Below are positions 1-13,450 of a stretch of 64,000 bases of DNA, one piece after another; positions within the stretch are counted from its first letter, which is position 1, and each line of letters begins with the position of its first letter. Made by a program: the position numbers and the translations under genes. Source of the DNA: Iphione sp. A-MEVVRFRX5 (taxonomy: Eukaryota); the NCBI GenBank assembly GCA_976226885.1, contig OZ320316.1, positions 85,002,001 to 85,066,000 of the forward strand, written 5' to 3'. The notes beneath the pieces were generated by a model that saw nothing but the letters and a program-made list of their open reading frames with translations, searched no databases and was not told the DNA's origin.

Positions 1-3000
1 GTGTGTCTAATTCCATGAACGTTGTAAGGAAGTGTAACGAGACGGTGCCGTAGGTGGAGTCGACATTCGACTGTCTTTTGTAAGGAAAAATGAGACGTCG
101 GCTCAATGTAGAGTCGAACGAAATTATTCCTTAAATAACAGACAACCATTGCAGGTTTCAGCACATTTATCTTTACCTGTATACCATTTCCAAGTCCACT
201 AGTCCATCGCTAAATGTACTAATTGATACGCCAGCCCATAACGCCTGTCCATGACCATATTCATTTCCTTCTCTTTTATCAGCAGGAAATGAAAATCCTT
301 ACAATGGCGCTCAACTTGGGGTTGTGTCGCATATTTTCCTGATGTTATTTTTTGTGTTTAGACACTGATTGTTTAAGATACGTGTTCTGGGATCTGTGGT
401 CCATTGAGAGGATATTCAGGTCGTCACTTTCCTGAAGTATAAGACTGTACCTTTTCAGGAATGGAACATTGCTTTAGAGGAAAAAAGACAAATATTACCG
501 GGCAGGAAATTCCCCTTATAAGGCCTCGTCCTTTGCTCAACTCTATAAATATTCAGGTATTTTGTTTCGGTTTTCAGATTAATAGTTTGCCTGTATGTGC
601 ACAATCCTGTAAATGAAGAAAAAGAACACAGAGACGTGATGGTGACTGTCGTAGGGTATGGTGAAAAATGATACGATAGATGGAGCCAAAGGTGGGTGGC
701 AGATGACTTTGAGCCAACATTAAAAGAATCAAAAGTGAAGGAAAAAAGGATGGACGTGCGTGAAGCGCAGAAGGACAAATCTTTGCACCTCCTGGTTGGT
801 CCTTGATGTGTTATCACTCGGCAAAAGGCCAACATGGCATGGACTGCGTACAGAGAGGGCCAACTCAGAGACAGTGAGCCTGTGTCACATCTATGTGTGG
901 GCTGGCCGTGATAAAAGAGAAGAAAGCGGGATGTCTCTGTTGGCGCAGAGGAATTTTCCCTGGCGCGGGTTATTTTTCTTCTTGTTACGCAGAGGCATGA
1001 CGTATTACTTGATATACTAGAAGCTCGTGGCCGTAGCCATGCTGAGGGATATGATAGATCTGTCATCCTGTGAGGCTGATTAAATCATCTAGGTACAGTG
1101 TGTAGTTAGCAGGAGCCACTGACCTATTGATTAAAGCGAGATTTTTGAAAAAAAAATCAAATGATCCGAACTATAGCCCAAGAAGAGAGGTTTTCAGCGC
1201 CGTAATTTAAGACCATCAAATCAGGCCCTCCCACGTCTTCTTGCAATACCCTCCGGTTTGACCCACCGCTTAAAAATGTAACCTCTAACCCGGACTAGAC
1301 AGCCAATCATCTTCGCTCGAAGGGAAACACGAAGTTTCAAATTGGTCTGATTGCCGCAGTTCCTAAGTTATGACTACAACTGGAACACCGAGGCGTTAGA
1401 CACAAGACATACGGCTCGGATCCTCTGCAACACATTCTCAGAGCGTGAACGCTTGACCCATAAGTCCTTAGGTTGGGTGCACGGTCAGCTCCCTTGGCCT
1501 GTCTCTGCGCCTTCCTGACTACCGGGGGCTGGCACATGCCAGCCGGGCCTTTTGCGTCAGTGACAAGATAATGGATGCGACGCTTAATGTCACCTTCGCT
1601 GTGGACGCATAACCAACACCATCTTCCTGTATACATGTCTATAACTCTCCTTCTAAAATATTGTTTGATAAGAATCTTCGAACTTCCCATCATTTTAGAG
1701 TCGACAAAAAGACAATGAACGTCAATATAATACTAATGACTAATAATGTGATCGACTTCTAAAGATAAATGTTAATATGTTAAAATGTACTCTGTGACCC
1801 ATATTTCGATGCTCGGTGAAAATATAAAAAATAAACTGAATGCAAATGGTTTACGCTCAAATGCAGCTAACATTCCATGTATACTTGCCATTAACATGAA
1901 TACTTTTCTGACGTTCTATTTTTTTTATGTAATATACAATAATTTTGCCTCTCAGGTTTTCCTCTCCTCCTCTCTTTTTCCTGATGCATTTTCTGTAATC
2001 ACGTGGATACTGCATCAATTTTGCAAATTCCGTCGTTCGTGTATCAAAACTATCACATACTGTGTACGCTTTCTTGCGCTTATTTCGCACTTCCTACAAC
2101 GTGTAGTAATGTATTGCAATACGTTTACTAACGGTAGACATCATCGGTTGCCGGTTATTCCTCATAAGAATTTTTTCCTTTTCACAGAGATGCCTATTCT
2201 GTCGCCTGCTGCAGCTTAGCTCAGATGTACCAGAAGAGAAAGGAACTTCCGATACAGTACCCAAAAAGGATCATTAGTAAACAAAGAGTACATTTATCAG
2301 CGTAGCTGTTAATTGCTTCTACCATGAATCTATCTGCACGTGCAAGGCAGCTACAGACCCTCTATGTACAGGCGCATTCCATCAAATATCAATCTGCAAC
2401 ACCTCCATATAGTACGCTTCTGTGACAGCGTGAAATAAGTTTCTTGCCGTGAAATAAGTTCCTTGCCTTATCTCTTGTGTTCAACTTGCATTGAATCAAT
2501 TGTAAGTATCTTGTTTTAACAGCATTTGTGTGAGCTGCAGCATTAACTAGTTGTGTTTTGTTCATCACTAATAGCAAAGGTCAATTGTTTAATTTGTAGA
2601 AATTTCCAGGGGATTATAACTCGATCAAAGCCAAACGTCCTTCTTCGGGATGGTTAACGTGGCTTTCCTGAAAGACTAAGGATTAAATGAAAAAGTAAAG
2701 AACATTTGAAGAGATCGTCTGTTTGCATCAATCACTAATGAACACAAATGAAAAAAACACAACAAATGTTTCACTCCCGGTGTGATGGTCCCTTTCCATT
2801 GAGGTCTGCTCGAAGTGAGTTAAAATGTGTAACTGATGACTTCAGATCTAAGAGAAGCGATGAAGAAAATGCACTGACCATTTTTCCATAATCCCTCATG
2901 TTTAACTAATTTGGTGATCTCACATAGTAGCATCCTCACAACCCTAACCGGCGTCCGGACTCATCAGTCAGACAATGATAAACAGATTTCAACTTCGCAG

Positions 3001-6000
3001 GTTTGCCATAAAATTGAAAGAAATACGATGCGTATGATAACTGTTCATCGTTATTTTTACAGGCGAGCGAAATCTTATCATCTCAGTGTGACTTGTTGTG
3101 TTGGTCGTTGGCGGTATCACCTAGGGATCGGCCATCGTCGCCAGCAGGTGACTCAGCCTTCATTTCTTATTGGCTTATCACACATCACGCAAACAGAGAG
3201 GGCCTTCATTGATGATTCGTTTTGTGAACGTGGCAGAAAGTGATGGAAGCGGGTCTAGTTTCTGGCCACATGGGTGCTAACAGCCTCCGACTTTCGCGTG
3301 AATGAGAACGTAATTTTAATATGCAGAAAAGGCTAATAAGGCAGGTGTTTACAGACGGCTGTGTTCCCCATGCAGAAGGATATCTCCGATGGCAAATTTG
3401 GGAGGCGTTTTACCTGTTATCTTTTAGAAGTATATAACTATGTGAAATGTTTGCAGCTTTGGATTCCTCCTTCATAAAAGGAATATGACCTCTATTTAAT
3501 ATCCGTGTGTGTTGTTGCATTTGAAGGAAAAGAAGAGCACAACTTTATTATAACCATCCGTGTAGGCTTACCCGTGCACTGGTGTACGGCTGACTAACTG
3601 CACGAAGAGGCCCCTCAGACCACCACCTCTGAGGAGAGTTTCCTTATATGGCCATCGAACAGAATGCCTATCCACGCACTGCAGTAACCGTTACTGTGCT
3701 GATCATTCACTGTTCTGGGCCCACCTGAACAAAGTACTACATGTCATTGTACTTGGCATCCTTTGATCTGCTCAGGCTCCTGTCGTGCTGTGCGGGCTGT
3801 GTGATTCAGAATGTCCCCGCCAGGTGCGTTACTCTTTAACTGGCAGGGCCCCATCGCCATGACCTCTCATTAACGGGATGAAAGGTTTGGGTCAGAATGC
3901 TACTGAACACCTTATCGATTAGTCACGTCCCCGCACAGGCCCCAGGTGACTGCGGTGTAAATGTGCATAGAGGGGAAGAATTAGTTTAAAGACATCATGA
4001 AATACTATTAGGACGGCAAGGCTGATCCTTGATCAAGGGGAAGAAAAAGACAACAGGAGCCAGCAGGATCGGCTCATAGATATTCGACAGGTACATTTCA
4101 GTAAAATAATGCAAATGAGAACTCACCTAATATACCGATACCTAAAAATGCGTCTTAGTTGACATTTAGGCAGTACACACCCTGCACTTTAATATAGTGA
4201 AGTGGCCGGTAATAACTGTGGGTAGTGTGATGGTACTTCTAGACGCTGCATCCGAAATATCTTATGTTGATTGGCAGACAGTCTTAGAGCCTGGGATAAG
4301 CCTCATGTAATTAATGCAAAAGGACCAGACTGGTCATCCTTCCACATGCATCATCATTACAAAATGTCCAGCGGGTCGCCGGACTGAATCAGCTGGGAAT
4401 AGAATTTAGTTTACGCCGTCTAAAATGCATTTCAGCTCCCGACTAGAAAACAAGTTACAAATAGTGCTGTTGGGAATATGTGGATCCTTCATGTGCTATA
4501 TTGTTACGTGAAAAATATTTTAGGTGGGAGGCATACAGTGTTTCATGAATTACATCTAATATTTATTTTCTCCCTAAGATACCTTCTGAGTAGTGATACT
4601 GACTACCTAACCTGAATAGATCGCATAGAATGCAGGCTGTGGAGATTGCTAACCTCTTCATTACTATCCCCCGTACAAAAACGCCATCTTGTCTCATCAG
4701 CTGTTTTAATGCACTGGACAGAACAAACGACTTCTGTCCTGGAGATTTTTTTTTCATTTGTTTCAATTTGAGTTCTTACTGTTGTGCCCTTATGCTTTTA
4801 CTTGTTGCATGAAAAACACATTGGAAAGAAAACAATAGTTTCCAAGCGTGATAATGCTAAAAAAGGTACTCTAACAATTTTTTTTCTCCCTAGTTTGCAC
4901 ACTTAAAGCCTTAAATACACAGATTCACAATCACGTAGTTACATGATTTCCTAATGTTAAAAATACAATGTCTATAGTGAATGGCGTATTAGTTTTAATC
5001 TACTCATTTTCTAATCTGTATTTTCCAGCTACTCACTCTATTACCGTAATACAATCACGGCATATTGCTACTTCCATAAAAAACCTATTTAATAATTAAT
5101 CTATTTTGTAGGCAGGAGGCGAATAATACAAAAGAATGTGATCACACTGTAAAGGCAAAGTAAGAGTACACACGCTCTATTAATTATGTAGAGACGCCAA
5201 GTAAATTATCCAAGATATATCGTTGAATTACTAAGTGAATTCAGTCAACTGCGAAGTTATGATTGTTTTACCGGTTCTTCCTGGCCATTTTAATCATTGT
5301 TATCGTCACGTATCTGATGCCTTTGCCAATAATTTACTTTAATCCACGAAATGTCTGAACAAGTACATGAAGTGAAACAGGAAAGAGCTACTCATAGGAT
5401 GTTTAACCCTTTTTGAGTGGAATGCAACAGGTCCTGTGAAGTAGCAACGTATTCTGGTTTTATGATATTTGACAATGGTATCAAAGTTTAAAACACAGAC
5501 ATTAAAGACCACTCTCTGAATAATAAAGCATATGTCATATATCCTAACAATACTGTTCAGGGGTATTGTTATCTGCCGGCGGCTACCAGAGAGGCGATTG
5601 TGCAATCTAGCCTATTTCTTGCTTTACCTGCCTTCTACGAAACGCCATACAAATCACTGTGAAAGTCTGTTTCCTCCTCGCTGTTGTAGAGATTCGATTC
5701 GCAGGGTTGGTCAGATCCTGCAAGACGCGTGGAATCAGGCCGAGTGTTGATCACCGAATGATGACCCGACTGCGAAAAAGCGCAATCAGGATGGTGGTCG
5801 AATGTTAGGAATAGTCATGATAGGAGACTAGCAGAAAGCCTTGTATATAAATATCTCACCGAAACATGTACGCTGCACAATTTGCTCTACCCTAGGATGA
5901 TTTTACTACATATACATTTAGATTACTGCCTGCATTCTTACATAGTTTTGATAACTCTCATTGTGTTATTACCGCATCTGTATATTTTCTATTTACAGTC

Positions 6001-6286
6001 ATTTAACATGTAAGCAACGAGATGGGTGCAGGTACATATACGTCTCGATTTGCGACTGCTTCCCCACGAATCTGTTCATATGGACTACCGGGCGACAGCA
6101 CAGCTGCACGAAATAGTGAGGTACAGAGCTGAGCATTAGTCCCGACGCTCGCCCAAAGTGATTGAATCAAATGATACATATAACTCATGACGGCGCAGTG
6201 CAAGGGGTGTGATGAAGTTCCGTTCCTCGTGGCAAAGATGCTCCACTATGTTGAGGTGGCGATGGCAGCGTTTGCTGAATACAGCC

Positions 6287-6421
6287 GTGCCCTCTGGCGC
6301 GAATCGGTACTTACCGGAAGTCAACACTATACCAGACGTCGTCGCACCGGAAGCCACAAAGGAGACATGCCTGCTACTTCCGGTCGGACGCATAGCACCC
6401 GATCTGTAAACCCAAACAGGT
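6287..6421. promoter_or_regulatory. Promoter-like element with three ETS/GABP-type CCGGAAG motifs, flanked by outward-facing splice donors
   Basis: CCGGAAGT 6314-6321, CCGGAAG 6347-6353, ACTTCCGGT 6376-6384. Minus-strand donor G|GTAAGT (exon ends 6315); plus-strand donor CAG|GTAACC (exon ends 6419). CTCF-like GCGCCAGAGGGCAC on minus strand 6287-6300. Locally CpG-rich. Confidence 0.55.
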
Positions 6422-7225
6422 AACCAAGGTAACGACAGTCAGTTTCGCAGCCGGATGCATCTTTTATGAAGCGCCCGTGCTAAAGCTATGCCCTGGAGGA
6501 GGACGTATGGGGTCATAGTGTGGCGTATCACCTCCTCTTCCAGTGGTGTGAGCGGGTAGCAGGTCGGCACGGTGGATGCCGGGTTATGAGGTGAAGCTTA
6601 CCCCCATGTTAAAAAGCAACAACTACTGCATACATAGAGTCGGCAAACTTATGGATTGTTAATGGAAGGATAATAAGTCTAAAGGTTTCAACCATGAACA
6701 AAGGTGCTTTATTCCCCTAAAGACGGTAAGGTTTTGATGTATTCGCAACCGGGAAAAGTTTTGAAGTTTATTACTTTAAAGGACGCATACTTTGGGGCAC
6801 ACACGCACGTACACACACACTCATGCATGTGGATGAGCCCATGATCGCTTTTTGAGTGACAGTTGAGTCTAGCCAACCACATCCCATCCTCCAAAAAGCA
6901 CGGGAATTTTAAACAAAGCTGTCTAGTACTGAAGTCAGTGAGAAGGTTGAAATTTTGTATTAGTATTACAGATAGAATTATTTACTTTTGTGTGCAGAAA
7001 GAGGACACATTAACCATGAATTGAGGCAAATTTGTTGCTTTTCCATCAAATAGTTCCTAAGTTACAAAAGTTCAAAGATGAATCTTTTAGCATTGGAAAG
7101 GCCAGTGGAGACTGCAGAATGTCAATGCTGAAAGCATCTGTCAGTATGAGGCTTCTGAGTGGGAGGAAGCAATTGGTGAATTATAGATCTAGGTTTTGTA
7201 ATTAAGAACATACTCATATAGATAC

Positions 7226-7575
7226 GGCCAAAAAAATTAGGTGTGTTTCTTCTGGTAACGACCACCCAAAAACCTAGGTAGGGAGGGGAGGTATCTTTTT
7301 TTTTTAAATTTTTTTCCACTATCTTCCTCTGGTTTTTAATAACAAAAAAGACAATATGAAGGATTTTTACTAATCTGTATGAGTTTTATAGGTTTTTGTG
7401 AATTTCCATGGATTTTATTGTTTTTCTACTGAATATATCATAAATGTGTGTCGTTAAAACACGTATCTAAGATAATTCAGCCTTGGAAACTCTTTGGGAC
7501 CAAAAGATTTTTAGGTAGGGTGAGGTTTTACTAGGTAGGGGTGGGTTACCAGAAAGGCACCTATTTTTCTTGGCC
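7226..7575 (+). mobile_element. PIF/Harbinger-like (Tourist-type) MITE, family A
   Basis: ~35-bp imperfect TIRs GGCCAAAAAAATTAGGTGTGTTTC..TGGTAAC / GTTACCAGAAAGGCACCTATTTTTCTTGGCC; 3-bp flanks tac/taa; no coding capacity. A reverse-oriented copy lies at 34997-35320. Confidence 0.8.
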
Positions 7576-10500
7576 TAAGGAGTTCATAAAATAGAAAGGG
7601 AATCCTTGACCCTGATTATTTATTGACAGCTTTATTTCTATCATTTTGACCTAACCCTTTCACCTTATGAAGAATCAATTGTGAAAATATTTTGACATTT
7701 TTTCATTCATAAATAACTCCCAGCCTATAGTACTCGGTACTTTTTTGTTTCATATATTAATCCCCCACTGATGTTTAGTAGGCAATGCCGAGAGGCATGT
7801 AAATGTATTTAGAAATAGAGACCATTAAAGTACATGTACAGTTTTAGTTTTTAACTGAACCATAAGCCTTCCTTAAGGAAGACGTTAATCATCCACCATA
7901 TGTTGCTTTACTGGAATGAATAGGCCCCAGGGGAGCCAAATCAGGCTCCTGTCCGACATTTCAGGGGAGGAGCAGCGTTTGGACGTCCATATGGACGCTC
8001 ATGATTATGTAATAATTCATCCAATCAGGACTCCCCGTCAACCGTCAATGCATATGTATTCCGCATACCTCCTCAACATTAATTATGTCCCCCGCAGGAA
8101 TCTATCATGAATGTTCGCCTGACCTTTCTTTCGATACCCTTACCCGAGGGAGCCAGGTAGGTTAGTAGTTGAATTGTTTGTGAGGAGGCGTTGGGTGAGG
8201 GACCAATGTGTGTTCCGCTAGCATGGGGCTGTCCCTGTGCGGCGTTGCCGCGTCTGACCGCCGGATTTGCTGCCGCCCAGCGTGGATCCGTCCGCCGTTG
8301 ATGTATAGATAGATCCTGATGTAGCGGCCAAGCGTGGTGGCTTAGTCGGGGATAGAAAACCCATCACGGCGCGCGGCCTGACCCAGCCGCCGCTGGCCCT
8401 GCATTTCCTGCCACCAAGCCGCGCTGAATGGCGTGGCCGCCGGGCCCGCTGCGCCCGCTGCCACCCCGAGCAAGACAGATCCTCGAATAATCAGCCATCG
8501 CCGGCGGCCGGGGATCGGGGGCGACTTAGAGCAAATATCTAAAGTTTAATTTAGAACAGTCAGCCGCCGCTTGGTAACAATGGTAATGACGGTAAAATAG
8601 GCCCTCATGGGGCGTAGAATCAACAGCGGGCAGGCCAGGTAATTTTAGCGCTGAAATCGTCGATAGGGATGTCAGGGTAAAGCTAAATGACGCCTTAGCA
8701 ACCTCTTTGCATTCAGAGACAATTTAACCGAATTTGGGAAGTCGTCCATTGACCCCACACATACCACCATCGCCATCACCGTCTTTCTCACCGTTTCCAC
8801 TGGTGGTTAACTGCTCACGGAACGCACAGGTCACATTTCACAAGCAATTCCAGCTAAGTTTTTTTTATCGAATACACACGGTAGAAATCGATGTATCAAG
8901 ATTTTTCTTAAGCATTCGTCGCCTGGGAAAGCGTCTCACCCATAACAAAGATAATACTGGATACATGTACAATCCCGAAAGGAATGATACAGGTGTAGTG
9001 ATTACGTGCTTGATTTGAGGGTATAGCGTAAACCTTTCATTTGAGAGGGCATAGAAAATCACGACCTGTAACATTTAATTAACAGTCGGCCGTTCCTTGG
9101 ATATCTTATTCTGTTCATACCATCAAAAGTTAAATCTGTAACTCAGAACACACAGTTCTCGAACACTGTAACTTAAACATCTCCGAGAGGCTTGTTTCCC
9201 CGGCTAAAAAGTTATCTGACGTTGCAATGAGCATTACCCCAGATACGGATGGCCCAGGGAAGCGGCGCCTTTGGCTATCACTAAAGCCTGCCGCCACCCA
9301 TGTAATCGTGATAGGCGGGGAGGAGGGGACCATGGCCGCCAACATGCAATAGCACTGAATATTTCATGGGCCGCTGCCACTTCTACTCCGACTCGCTGCG
9401 AACAAAATACACTACTGCATGCCCAGTACCTAATTGGCGTGAAACCGTCTGTCCTTGGTCCTCAAATCGACCAACTATCCATAATTACCCCAACAGGCTT
9501 GACGCTGTAATATTGCCAGGAAGGCACATTATCGATTTCTTTCATTCCTATAATTTGAACGATGACATCTATCACAAGCAAGGCAACAGTCATCGTGTAA
9601 GGAACCACGTTGGAATATTTACCTAATAATTATTTCTATGAACTCCGATAGTGCATTAAGGTAATGCACATTTCCTTGTATGTACTTAGGCGTAACCTGG
9701 CATCTATGTAGTGAATGGATAACTAAAGGTTGCAGTATGGGACCTTACCCGAATATTATAGATCTCAATGTCGTATGTGATGATACTGGTATCAAGATTA
9801 CTTGTTTATTAGCGATTCGTCACTAACAAGAACACGATGTATACCGTTTCCCTCTTTCAGACAACGCTGGTGTGGATCTTGAGATATTATCTATAGTTGG
9901 CATGAATGTAATCTGAACCGGTGACAAAATAATATAAAATTCATTTTAAGAGCGGCACATTGTGATCAACACCGTTGCATTAAGAGATCCCATACTATCG
10001 ACGCCCTTCTCGTGCCCCCATAGTTGTTCGCTCACGTCAGGTCATACATCTCCATCCTGTAAGGAAAATAAGTGGTGTGTTCGCGTGATACTGTCACGAT
10101 CTCTCTCAGTCTCTTACTCTCTACCTCTCACTCCAACTCAATCTCTTCACTCTCCATGTGAGAGCATCTATTAGGGGGCAATTTTCTCTTCCTTCCCTGT
10201 CTATTGAACAACATTGATTCATTAGGTTTAGGTCTCCATGTATCCATGTAGTGTGTAGTGTCTTTTCCTGGACATGGACAACCACGGACAGTTGATGCTG
10301 TATTCACCGGAAAAAGTAAAGTGACTAGTTTTTTTTAAACCTCGTATCACCCCTGTACATTAGCATAGTTCCCATTCCAAACATGCGTACACAGACATGA
10401 TACATGGCGGAATGGAACTCTTCCCGTTCTGACAGCATACTACTCAAAGAGGCAGAGCACGCTACATACATGTACTACGTAGATAAGAGGAGATGCTCCT

Positions 10501-12229
10501 GATATATCTCTATATACCAAAAACATCATGGCAATGTGGAAATATGGCCTTGAAAACATGTCCGTGAAAACACGGATACACAGAGATCCAGTATCTCCGG
10601 CCTAACTGTTATTATTTTCGTGTGGTGAGGTCCTTCCTAGGGTCTCGTGTTACAGGTTTCGTTTCTTAAGTAGAAGTAGAGTACTACGTTGTTGTGCAAA
10701 TAAATATTCCAGTTGATGATTTTCCATTTAAGGAGCACTCTTTTTAGCCAGCTTATTTTACATGGTTATGCATACATATATATCATGTTATCCAAGAAAA
10801 AAATATTCATTGCAATTTACCAAAGTTTCGACATCAATGTATGTACCGCTGGGGCAGCCTAAGGAAATACATGAATTATGAAGCGGGAAGATTCTTTCAC
10901 CTACAATTGATGTGTAAAATGATGCGTATTCTTTCGCAACTTAAAGCATCGGTGCAAAATTCCTACACACACACACGAAACAATTATGTGCAGCTGTCAT
11001 GGCACCTTAAATTATCTGTGCTCCGACTTACGTCCATTCAGTTAGTAACAGATTGTTCGCATTTGGCCAAAAATATTTCAGTATTAGTGAAACATAGTAA
11101 ATAAAATTTTATGAAATATGACCAGGATTGACGTATACACAATTTGTACATATATTTTCATGGAAAAATTAAGAACTATAAATAAAAGTCGGTTAAGGCG
11201 GGTAAATGTTTATGAGAATCTGAAGAACATGACCTGATTGAATATAGATGAGGTGATATGACAGGCAGGGACCGAAAATAGGGCAAGCGTTACACCGCCT
11301 GACATCGAAATATTTTATTAGGCTCATCTTTGCAATCAGTTTATCCGTTTATTTTTTCCTTGAAGTGGGTGATGTTGTGCAGTAGTCATAAACATAATAC
11401 CCCCTTTTAACTGATGTATTTTCTATTCATTGTTCTACTTAAGGAAATATTTGAAGCGACACTGCCTCTGCTTGTGAAGTGTACTTTCATGTCTTTATAA
11501 CATTTATGGTGTCGATGGCTTCATATGTGGTTTTTAAAACGTGCATCTATTTTTGCAGTTTAACATCCTTTGTCACGAATTCCAAAGAACCTATAAAATT
11601 AACATCATACGTATGTATTCCCGCCTTTCTCAGTTCCTGCTCAGCGAAAACATGTTGACCTCTCGGTATTCTTGGAATTTAGGGCAATTCCAGGAAACTA
11701 CTGTTAGAAGTAAATGTACAATACCAAACTGACAATTGAGAGTCCTTTGCTGGTTGAAGATTAGTTGAATTTGCATTCAGTTGTCTGTGTTCTTTATTGC
11801 AATCTCCAATCTATTGCAATCTATTGCAATCTCTGCAAGCATCTGACTCAAGCCCAGTTTCCATATGCATATGTCTGTGCATGCGGGTGTGTTTGGTGTG
11901 CATTAGCATGAATTTTGATAGAACAAGGTGAAATTATATAGGGGTCTTCCAAATGTGCATTGTATTTTATGTATGCACATGCATTCATTGCCTGTTTTCG
12001 AACACTGCTCGATAGCTCCATGCAATACCCTGTAAAAGAATGGACATGCCTTAGTAGGATAAAGCAAATATCCTTTGTAGCAGGCAACAATATGTATGAA
12101 CCTATCTCAGATCATGTGAAAATCAACATATATACAGTAATAAATCGCTTGGATAAATATGTAACGAGATCGAACGATCTGTATACCTAGAGTATTAATG
12201 GAAGTAACTTCACTGATCTGGCTTGAACA

Positions 12230-12960
12230 AGGAACTGGAATGGAAGAATGAGAATACACCAGGAGAACACAGCCAAGACAGGAGGATGCTTACCTTCGGT
12301 TGGTGGGTGCATAGCCAGCTCGTACAGGGTCAATGGCTTCAGGATACCTACAAGGATAGAAGGGGGGAATCAGCCCTGCACATGAAAGGGCAAGGAAGTT
12401 ATGTGACATGATGGATAGGAGCAGGAACAACAGAGATCTTGCCTAGGAGATTTCATCAAATAACTTGGATAACCACTCTGGGAGGATTGTGTTTACAAAT
12501 GATTAAAAATGTCACTACTGGACTCAACAGGACAGAACAGACTGTGTCTGACAAGTGGCAAACCCCCACCCATGTTATGGTCATTTTAAGCAAATTTGGA
12601 CTCGAAAAACCTGGGGAGAGAGACAAGCTAGAATGAGGTATTACATTATTACCTCAACAATCACTTCCAAATTGTGAACATAGGAGAGGATCACCAAAAC
12701 CTACCTAGAGCAACTAGGATGTCGCTAAATGACATGTACAATATCATCATTGAAGGCGGGAATACCCGCCAGATAATGTAAACAATGCCTATTGAGTGGG
12801 TAAACAAAGGTTTCCTACTAAAGATTGCCAAGCAAAGACTCACATTTCCATGGTGAGAAATGAAGCGATGTCCACAGCTGTCCTGGGATGAATCTGAGGG
12901 CTGAATGACATGGGATCATTCCAGGGAGCCCTTTATAAGACCACAAAAACTTTGAAATCT
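12230..12960 (+). mobile_element. Highly decayed Penelope-like retroelement RT (C-terminal part)
   Basis: Interrupted frames give SYVT*WIGAGTTEILPRRFH / NNLDNHSGRIVFTND / SDKWQTPTH / RREYPPDNVNNAY. These resemble, in order, the PLE RT motifs RYVDD..F...LN.H..IKFT.E, VYRKPTH and RGYP...I..A. Many stops and frameshifts. Confidence 0.35.
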
Positions 12961-13004
12961 TCGATCCCGTCATTGACCGCAAGGCGAACAAAAATTGACA
13001 CACT

Positions 13005-13450
13005 GGTCCAAGTGCACCAACATCAGAGCGCCATCATGAAGCATTGTGAGGAACTATTTAAAGTCCATGCACCGGCCAAAATCTACGCAGAACACACCGA
13101 TATTCAGAACGACAGCACAAAAACTTGAGAATATAATGTAACGATGAATTGACAAGGTCCATGCAGAATGAAAAAAAATTAGGAGAAATAACAGATAGAC
13201 ACACCAGGCAAATGCTCAAAGCACACTGACATTGGGGCGCCACCATGACCTAAAGTCGCTGCACCAGCCAAAACTTTATGCAGAACATACCAATATTCGG
13301 AACAACAGCATGAAAACTTGAGAATATAATGTAACGATGAATTGACGAGGTCTATGCAGAGTGAAAATTGGGAGAAATAACAAGTTGATGCACCAGCCCA
13401 ATACTCGAAGTGCACCAACATCGGGGGCATCACTATGTAGCATTGTGAAA
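13005..13450 (+). repeat. Degenerate tandem duplication, ~193-bp unit, ~2.3 copies
   Basis: GCACC(G/A)GCCAAAA at 13069 and 13261; AACTTGAGAATATAATGTAACGATGAATTGAC at ~13122 and ~13315; a third partial copy near 13389-13440. Confidence 0.85.

Noticed and set aside
455-1066. 203-aa minus ORF and several candidate exons on both strands in 1-6.3 kb (e.g. 606-497 and 301-178 minus; 458-556, 2188-2277 and 3062-3146 plus)
   Set aside because: Mutually exclusive splice models exist on opposite strands, no protein family is recognisable, and the long ORF runs through polypyrimidine intron-like sequence. A gene is probably here, but I cannot support a structure.
2950-2972. CTGATGAGTCCGGAC on the minus strand, resembling a hammerhead core and stem II
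   Set aside because: No GAAA follows stem II.
3572-3678. Minus-strand exon with GTAAGC donor
   Set aside because: All three frames from the CTGCAG acceptor contain stops.
6209-6279. GTGATGA...CTGA spaced like a C/D box snoRNA
   Set aside because: No terminal stem, no recognisable rRNA-complementary guide, and not in a sense intron.
13432-13438. CACTATG heptamer (ProtoRAG TIR start); also near 35500 and 42760
   Set aside because: The flanks lack the rest of the TIR, and no RAG1/RAG2-like coding sequence is present.
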